From Octopus sinensis (Eukaryota), in NCBI RefSeq assembly GCF_006345805.1, contig NC_043008.1, positions 25,792,001-25,856,000 on the forward strand: a DNA stretch of 64,000 nucleotides, in the 5' to 3' direction. Made by a program: the position numbers and the translations under genes. Of this stretch, positions 55,596 through 64,000 are shown piece after piece. The stretch's first letter is position 1, and each line of letters starts with the position of its first letter. The notes below the pieces were generated by a model. The model made no database searches. It saw nothing but the letters and a program-made list of their open reading frames with translations, and was not told where the DNA came from.

Positions 55596-55945
55596 CTAAA
55601 GATTAAGATTATTAACCCCACAAAGAATGAAAGAAGAGAGACAGCATAGCGAAAGTTTTGGCTGACTGTCATCCTGTACTCCCCTTGTTGCTAGCGAAAT
55701 GGTATATGCCGGCTGTGGGAGCAACTGGTTGTATTAATGGAGGAAAAAACGGGAATTCCATTAGAAAAAAGTTTCAATTGATTTTCTCGGTAAGTACGGG
55801 GGCTAGGAAAAATAAAATCGCATTCCAATCTATGCATCCGTCTCCACATGCATGCCATTTTTCACGTGAACCCACCCAGCAGTTTGGCTGTGAACTTCAA
55901 GACAGGAAAGAATACAACGATCGCCCTTGTCCAATTTATATTATA
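55157..55945 (-). mobile_element. Non-autonomous Helitron (different family)
   Basis: Minus-strand 3' end gaccgggtgaaactagac...gCTAG|T; AT-rich tataaattggacaag 5' end. Confidence 0.6.
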
Positions 55946-56090
55946 TTATATTATATTATATATATATACATATATACATACACACACACACACACACACA
56001 AACGCATGCACACATATATATATATAGGTAATAAAGATTTTACCAGTGGCCTAGCGTATAGAAAAATTAGTCAGAGACTATATATTATTC

Positions 56091-56471
56091 ATATAAAATA
56101 CAGTGTACATTTAACCACATTAAGAGGTTTCCATCATAGGATTCCTTTAAGCTAGAAAGAACAGCTAAAGTCCAAACTACTAATTAAGGATAAATTAGGT
56201 AAAATGTATAAGCAATGAGACACATGCTGGATTAGCCTCGTTGTTTATATATTTAATTTTTGGCATCCCTGTTGATGAAGACTTCACCTGGTAAATTAAT
56301 TTTTTATCAAAATAAGTGAGAAACCATGGTCCAGGAAAGAGAGGGTAAATATTTTTATTTTTCATTCCCTTCGAGAATTTATCCCTAATTAATGGGTTAG
56401 ACTTTAGCTGTTCTTTCTAGCATAAAGGATAGAAACTCTTAATGTGTTTAAATTTACACTGTATTTCATAT
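56091..56471. repeat. Fold-back element with a hammerhead in one arm
   Basis: 56091-56196 is inverted relative to 56376-56471; central hairpin 56201-56254. Confidence 0.8.
56268..56335 (+). ncRNA. Minimal hammerhead motif (C3 to U)
   Basis: cctg-TTGATGA-ag...tcac...gtga-GAAA-C-catg-G-TC-cagg: GUC triplet, palindromic loop III. Confidence 0.68.
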
Positions 56472-56487
56472 ATATATATATATACAT

Positions 56488-56523
<36 letters not shown>

Positions 56524-56712
56524 GTATGTTTGTGTGCTTGATAGCTTAGTGGTTCAGCAAAAGAGACTGATAGAATAAGTCCTGGGGTCGATTTGTACGA
56601 CTAAAGGTGGTGCTCCAGCATGGCTGCAGTCAAATGACTGAAACAAGTAAAATAAAAGAATATATCAATAATAAAAGTGGCTTATTGGCAATTTACAACT
56701 GAATGACAGAAC

Positions 56713-57027
56713 TATAGATGTCACTAAAGTGAGTACCAGTATTGCTAGAAATATCAGTCAAAACAACTCTTAGCCACAATAAACTACTTATCTTATGACT
56801 GACAAAGAAGTCAAGCTCCCTACCGCATCGTGGACATAGTCAGACCCCTACACTTATTTCTAGCAATGCTGGTGCTTACTGGTGATCTGGCCCTGCCCGA
56901 GATGCTGTGGGAGCTTGACTCGCTTGTTAGTCGTAAGATAAGTGCTTTTCCGTGGCTAAGAGTTGTTTTGACTGTTATTTCTAGCAATGCTGGTGCTTAC
57001 TAGTACCCTTCATCACTTTTTGTGACA

Positions 57028-57033
<6 letters not shown>
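56713..57033. repeat. Imperfect fold-back element of about 320 bp
   Basis: cagtcaaaacaactcttagcca / tggctaagagttgttttgactg; internal direct repeat ttatttctagcaatgctggtgcttact twice. Confidence 0.85.
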
Positions 57034-57061
<28 letters not shown>

Positions 57062-57181
57062 TACATATATATTTATACAGACTTATATACACACATATAT
57101 GCATAAAGGCATGTGCTTTATATGTACATGCATCCATGCACACACACAGACATATATACTAGTTTTATAAAAATATGTATA

Positions 57182-57979
57182 CAGGATGCAATGGGTAAAT
57201 TGTCACTATTCTATATTTTTTATTTCACACATGCACATTGTTTGTTTTTGATTTTGTCAACCACACAGTATAGTAGGGTCAGTTGGGCACAGAAAAATAG
57301 CACCATGATACTATTCACTCTGCCAGAAATTTGAAAACAACATGCTGCACTGCTTGGTATTCACGCTGGAAGTTCCAATATGAACAAATGATGAACACAC
57401 AGAACAACCGTTGGCATGCCATGTGCCCAAAACTTGTACTGAAAGTGATAAAACTCAAATATTCAGTCAACCTCATGGTGCTTGGAGTGATGATGTTATA
57501 CCTCCATTCATCTTCCCACACAGCCTCAACCTCAACATGGAGGCCTACATCAAGTGCCTGGAAGAGGTAATGCTGCTCTGGGGCAAGAGGGTGGCTGCTG
57601 GATTTAGTCAGGGTTGTCAGGCAATTACTGTGAAACATTAACCTCCAACTCCCCACCCTGCAACTTCCTTGGTTATTACATGTGGGGTGCCATTGAGTGA
57701 GAGACCAACAAAACTCCTTGTAATATCAAAGATGAACTGAAAGCAAGGATTATGGTAGCATTCACCAACTTAAACAAGGAGACTATCTGGAAGAGTTGCA
57801 GGAGATTCTGAGGTTGTCTGGAGACTGTGGTTGAAGCGAACAACAATTTTATTGAATAAATCTACTTTTCAATATTTCAAGATATTTTTGTGTAATTTTG
57901 GTAAATATATCTATTAAAACGAGATGTCAGTGTTATTTTCATTTTTGTTTAACTTAAACAACTTATTCACTGCACCCCT
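57182..57979 (+). mobile_element. Internally deleted maT/DD37D-like transposon
   Basis: PPTP...LGYYMWGAIE*ETNKTPCNIKDELKARIMVAFTNLNKE...LETVVEANNNFIE; imperfect TIRs caggatgcaatgggtaa / ttattcactgcaccc. Confidence 0.78.
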
Positions 57980-58231
57980 TAAATTCACCCTGGAAAACAC
58001 TCACAATTTTTTTTCCTGGTTAATAATTTTTAAAGCTAATTTCTTGTTTGCTTATTAATACTTTGGAAGGTGGTGTACAGACAGAAACATTGAAACATTA
58101 GCGCATCAAAAAAAAAATGCTTAGTAGTATTTCTTTTCTCTCTTTGTATTCTGACTTTGAATTCTGCTAAGGTTGACTTTGCCCATCAATTTATGAGTGG
58201 CTATATCAACAATTTTTAAGGTATACATATA

Positions 58232-58609
58232 CACTTACGTCAGAAATTAATTAGCACTTCTCAAATTTCTACATTAAATAGGTTAAATCAATTAACCTTA
58301 TGAGCTGTTCAAAACGTCTTACGCGATGAGAAAACTTAGTATGGTGTGATTTCGGTCCTTGCGAGGCGCTACCTATATCTATTAAACAAAGGAAGATTTG
58401 TCTGCATCCGCACTCCAAGTTGTTGCACTGCTATGTCAACATCATAAGGCTGTAGACTCTCAAACTGCTCTGCAAACAAAGTTACGTCATCGTTCTGCGC
58501 AACAGTGAACTCGCAACAAAGCAATAGTTCGAGATATGGCCACTAGGTGACAGCACATACCTTGCGTGAAGAGCAAATCAAGGGTGCTAATTAATTTCTG
58601 ACGGTAGTG
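58232..58609. mobile_element. Tc1/mariner-type MITE
   Basis: TA TSD; TIR cacttacgtcagaaattaattagcac / gtgctaattaatttctgacggtagtg. Confidence 0.88.
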
Positions 58610-61099
58610 TATGTGTGTGCATACATATTCATGCATAGGCACAAATACACACACACATATATAATAACATACATATGCATACTTATGTATACATACATAT
58701 CCTCATACATTTTTCCTAGAAATAATTACAACACACAAATATTAAAAAGAAATATAATCTAAAGAGACAACACTTGAAAGATTTTTCAGATTAGTTTGAG
58801 TAGAGCACTCTACATTGCTGTTCATTTTACCATTTCTGATAGTGTATTTGTGTGAAACCAAATGCACCAATAAGCATTTTTGAGGTATTTGATGTTGGAA
58901 ATCTCCAACATCTTTTAAGTTAGGTATAATATGAATCTTAATTTTTCTAGTAAACCTTCTACTGCCTACTGTTTGTATTCTTAACCTAATTATTTTTGTA
59001 TCATCATAACTCCTTTGGAAAATTTTGGCTCTAGAGATGTGTAATTTTATCTGTTAACTGTTTCTTTGATCTTTGAATAATGGTGATTCTTAGTTGATCT
59101 CCATTCTGTTAATTTACTTTATTTTCCCAAAGCTGGATTTTGGTGTCACTTAGAAGAAATGCTCCTTTACATCCATTTGAGATGTTTTCTGCCAAGTCAT
59201 CCTTTCTCTGTAATTTTTCTCTTTGTATTTTTTCTGAGTCTATGAGAAATTTTATTTATTATTATTTCATCTTTAGCGTATAATGAAGGGATGGTACTAC
59301 AAATTGTACTGTTAGGGGCTGTGTTTGTTCCTATATTTTTGATGCAAGGACTAATGATATTTTTCTTTTTGCTACCATTTTGGCTGGTGGTGCTCTGGAA
59401 AATAGGTTTTGTTCATTTGCTGTTGCTCTTCATTATTTCTATTTATCTTAGTTTTGCTTAACCAGCCATTTTCTTCCAAGCATTCAGCTCTAAGATGTGG
59501 TTTACTCTAACAAATGTATTAACTAGACAATCTGTTCTGCATCATTAATCTTATGCCTTTAGTCTCAACATCTTCTACTAGGTACAGTACTGGTATTGCT
59601 ACGAGACTTTCATGTACCATTAAGACTTGTAAGTCCACTTTTATGCTCTCTGACTACAAGTCACCTTCCCTAAAGCCTGCTTTGAACATTCTCATATACT
59701 GCAACACGAAAGTCACAACACGTGCCATAGGTCTACTTAGCGTCCAGGGTATCATATTTCTTTGACCAATGTACTGGGTAGAAATTTATAGTGAGAAGTA
59801 TGTTTGTCAACTTCAACCAGTGTTTTGATTGTATCAATAATACAGCAGATAGTGCCACAGACTGAGATAATTTCTCCCCATATTTGTGGGTGGAATTGTC
59901 CTACTACTTGATGTAAAGGAAAATTTAATCCACTCCCATCTTTTTATAGAAATTCCATCTGCTAGTTTTGTAAATGTCTTCACTCAGCAATTATACAAAT
60001 TGACTGTAGTATTTGGAATCAGGTAAAGGACACTATGTCAGTACCGTTATTGTTGTTATTATTACTGTCTTCCAAATAACACATCATTTGAGTATTTGGA
60101 ATACTTTTCTTCTACTATACATTCTTGTCTATTAATTCTATTAACTGTTCACTATACTTCTTCCTCATCAATATCTGGTTGTATGCTTTGATTTTTGTAT
60201 TACTTTCTTAGCTTTTGTAATATTTTACCTTCAGTTACAGAGTGCCAGTTTTACTCAGGTAATTATTCTTCTTCTTCCAAGTACACCAAAGGAAAATTTC
60301 ATTGGTAGTACTTGAATAAATTTTATTTTGGAGAGAAAAATCAAATAAATGATCTTCATATAATGAGAGCCAAACACAATGATGATGATGATGATGATTA
60401 CAATGTTTTTAGCATTAGCTAGTTGTAAACCAAATTAGACTTATAATAAACTATGTTGCTATTGCTAACATTGGTTATTGATACCATTGACATATTAATG
60501 GTAACAATAGAAGAGAAAAATAAGATTTGAAAATATATAATTCCACTACAAGCTTAAGTATCATGAGCTGAAAATCTTAATATACTCTAAGTATATATAG
60601 AAGGATCTAACTCAGCATATTTCAAACATAGTGCTCAAAAAGAAGTGTCATTTTAATTACAATGCAGCATAGAAAATTTAATGTTTTAGAATCTTGGCCT
60701 GAAATAAAGAGTAAGGAAAAGAAAGAGTTGTTTGCCTGTCCAAATATTTAGTTGTACTTACAGTTAGACTTTTTCCTCATAGCGTATGAATTTATATGAC
60801 ATCTTACAAACTTAAATTTCTACTCCGAATGCAGACTTTCACTAGCTTCATCAGATTCTTGACTTTTCCGTATTTTAGGTTCTCAAATGCCACGAATACA
60901 AGAAAAAGGAGTCAGCTGCCTGGGGCAAAGGTTTGATCATACTCTTAAGGTTATTGGCAATGCTGAAGACATCAAACTTCAACTAGGCAACTGACTAATA
61001 GAAGTTGATAGAAGCCAGCTACTTTGAAGATTCAAAGTATAGTGCTTCTAGTATGGCATCATACTCAGACTGCAGTGGCCATTTTTGCTTTGTAACTTT

Positions 61100-62260
61100 T
61101 CTATGATTAACATTATGGCAATGGAAAAATTGTGCAGTAAGTTAGTGTGAAAGTGGCTGGGCATTCCCCAGATTTCAGCCCAGTCAATCTGTACAGCAAG
61201 ACCTCAAAGCTCAGGAATTCAAAGCCATAAAGGCAAGAACTATCACAACGTTGCTTCTGTCTGAGGCTGGGGAAGTCAGACATTCAAGCAAATTTATGAA
61301 GTGTGGTAGAAAATGGAAACCTCAAGAGGCTGTGAAGGAAGTAGAGACATACTGGAAACAGTAGGAGATTACTGGAGCTGTATGTCAAGGACTTGGTAAG
61401 TACAGCACCAATAGATAGAAAAACACTAATAGGTGTGTAGGAGAGAGCTCATAGGGCAAAGGATCCAGGATTCAAATGAAGAGGAACATGAGTTGAAGAT
61501 AGTAGAGCTTGCCCACCAAGGTCAATGGATGCAGTTGGACAAGGCACTTGAGTGTCCAATGTCCAGGGAAGAACTCTGGAGTTCTGACCAGGAAAGATTG
61601 TCCTCCTTTGTGCTGTCACTGACCTCTTGCTTACTCTGAATAATCTTAAAATATGGAGAGCAACTCTTTGTGCCTTGAATCACATTTTGAATAGATCCCT
61701 GAGGGGGACTGGAAGAAGGCCAATACAAGTGGAGACATAACAAGGTTCATGCAGAAATTGCCACTGATCTGCAAAAGGGTGAAGTTTAATAAACACCAGC
61801 CATCACCATTCAAATGGTACAAAAATTCTGAAAGAAAGGTGACAAAGCACCCAAGTGGAAGAGGATCTGTTTTCTGTTTTACACTCAGCCTGAGACTGGG
61901 AGGTGCAAGTGGACTTGAGGGGTAGACTTGTCTTCCCAGAGGTGAAAGGAGTAACATCACTCTGACCAGACACATTCATCATGGCTAAACTCACTGTGCC
62001 TTGGGAAGACAGCCTCACTATTTCCCATCAGGTAAAGAAATTGAATTTATCAGGTCTTAGCCCACAAGGCCCTTGTAATGGGCTGGCATGCAGCTTCATT
62101 CCCCATTGATGTTGGCTGCCCCAGCTTTCCATCTGCATCAGTTCGCTATTTCTAGCAGAAGATAGATCTGGAACCCAGACAACTGAAGAAAGCCATTAAG
62201 GAAATAGGCACAGCAGCTGAAACTAATTCAGGATGGTTATGGTTGATAAGAGACTGCAAT
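61100..62260 (+). mobile_element. HERO-like non-LTR retrotransposon 3' half (thumb, Zn knuckle, restriction-like endonuclease), decayed
   Basis: KWLGIP, GRKWKPQEAV, QGQW, LNHIL...GQYKWRHNKV, (R)PD, LTVPWED, PIDVGC.., GWLWL. Confidence 0.75.
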
Positions 62261-63045
62261 TGGAACCCTTCCATAGGTTAAGACTAGCTCAGTCCTTGCT
62301 GCTCCCCTCAGTTAAAGCATGCAGGCTAAGGGACAAAATGCTTGTGACCCTGAAATACCTACAGACTATACAGAAGGGTTTCCAGTATTGCAATAGACTT
62401 AGAAGAGCTTGCAAAACCTCTGGATAGTTCTTGCAGCTTTTGTGTGAGGAAAAGCATTTCTGGTGTTCCTTCTACCTTTGTGGATGCTCAAAACTGGTTC
62501 AAAGGGAGAACAAAAAATGCCATGACAAAGTGACAGTGCAAAAATGCTGGGCGTTGTGCAGGAAGCAGTACCAAAACCTAGCAATGGCAGTGAAATGAGT
62601 TGACAGAACCTCAAAACTGAGTGAAGTACCTATTGCAATCAGTGTACTTGGGACCATCTCAAAGAGTGCAATATACTGGTATCAAAAGCTGCAAATACCA
62701 AATATCATAAGTATTCAGTAGGCAGCAGTAAATGGAACAACTCATGAGTTGAGAAAAGTGTTGTGTCTTTATGCTGTAAGATCGAGCTGAGATGTGACAT
62801 ACATTAATCAGAAGTTAAGGAAATAATGAAAAATAACAATACCAATAACAACAACAATAATAGTCGTTTCAAATTTAGCCCAGAACCAGTAATTCTAGTC
62901 CCTTGATTTATCAACCCTGAAAGAATGAAAGGCAAATCTGAACTCTGATGGGAAGGAAGAAATACTGCAAAGAATTTTCCAATTCTCCAACAATTCTGCC
63001 TACTTATTACGAATACTAATACTAGTACTAATACTAATGATGATG

Positions 63046-63109
<64 letters not shown>

Positions 63110-63118
63110 TAATAATAA
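63046..63118. repeat. (TAA)n microsatellite
   Basis: Directly visible. Confidence 0.95.
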
Positions 63119-63466
63119 ATTCTCATTAAAGTATAGTGACATGAATTAAATGAAGGCAATCAGTCATGCTGATTAGTTGATTGAACATTTTAGAATAATT
63201 TTTGTAATATTTATAAGAACAATATGAAAAGAAAAATACGATCTACTTCCACTAATAAAATTTTAATTGCATAGAAAATAAGTATAAGAAAAATCAACTT
63301 CTAAGTGTCTCTATTTCAATTACCTATATGTTAAGTATTTTGTATTCATATATATATATATGTGTGTGTGTGTGTGCATACATATAAGTACATATATATG
63401 TATATTATATATAATTGCACGTGTATGTGTCTTTACATACACACGCAAATATATATATATATATAT

Positions 63467-63498
<32 letters not shown>

Positions 63499-63551
63499 TA
63501 TATTTGTATATGTATACACACATAGACATATATCTATGCATATGTATGATA

Positions 63552-63596
<45 letters not shown>

Positions 63597-64000
63597 CATG
63601 TGTGTATATGCATGTATTATCTATCTATTTGTCTGTCTTTCTGTGTGCGCGCATGAGTGTGTGTGTGTGTGTGTGCATTGTGTGTGGAGAACACAACATT
63701 CTCTGATTCCTAACATTTGAACACTTATGACTTTAATTGAATCTTAATGAAAATTTAATAAAACTAATATACGACGAGTGAAAAGAAAAGAACTTACAAG
63801 GAAAAAAAATCTATGTAAATTTATAGAGAAAAGAGAAATTAATTAGTTTCTAATGTTTTGTTTAATGTTATGATTACATTTATATTTTACTTGCAGTAAC
63901 TATTACCATTGTAGTGAATTGACTATGGGAATTATGTGGACAATTTTTCAGATATTTATTTAGTTTATTATTTCATAAGAACATTAATGTTTGAAATGAT

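Noticed and set aside
60827-60858. Minus-strand gaat-CTGATGA-agctagt-GAAA-gtctgc-attc
   Set aside because: There is no credible stem II and no UH triplet; likely chance.

Overview
This is AT-rich eukaryotic intronic or intergenic DNA, most likely from an octopus (coleoid cephalopod); that assignment rests on recognising the SINE/LINE families and the microsatellite load, not on a search. I cannot support any host protein-coding exon, CRISPR array or true RNA gene. The window is mostly nested, decayed transposable elements: RTE-clade LINEs, R4/Dong and HERO-like retroelements with restriction-like endonucleases, Penelope-like (GIY-YIG) fragments, mariner/Tc1/maT remnants, non-autonomous Helitrons, MITEs and tRNA-derived SINEs. 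The main signal not explained by the ORF track is a set of sequence-unrelated fold-back elements and AT-rich repeat remnants, mostly beside (TA)n/(CA)n tracts. Many carry minimal type I hammerhead ribozyme motifs with palindromic stem/loop III and sometimes very long stem II. Highlights are a 600-bp zero-spacer palindrome with a hammerhead on each strand (54522-55121), a hammerhead with a swapped G3-C8 core (28107-28157), and an inverted tRNA-head plus hammerhead dimer with a 12-bp target-site duplication (TSD) that also copied 142 bp of its own flank (34342-35651). Ribozyme activity is inferred from hand-folding only, and boundaries of decayed elements are approximate.
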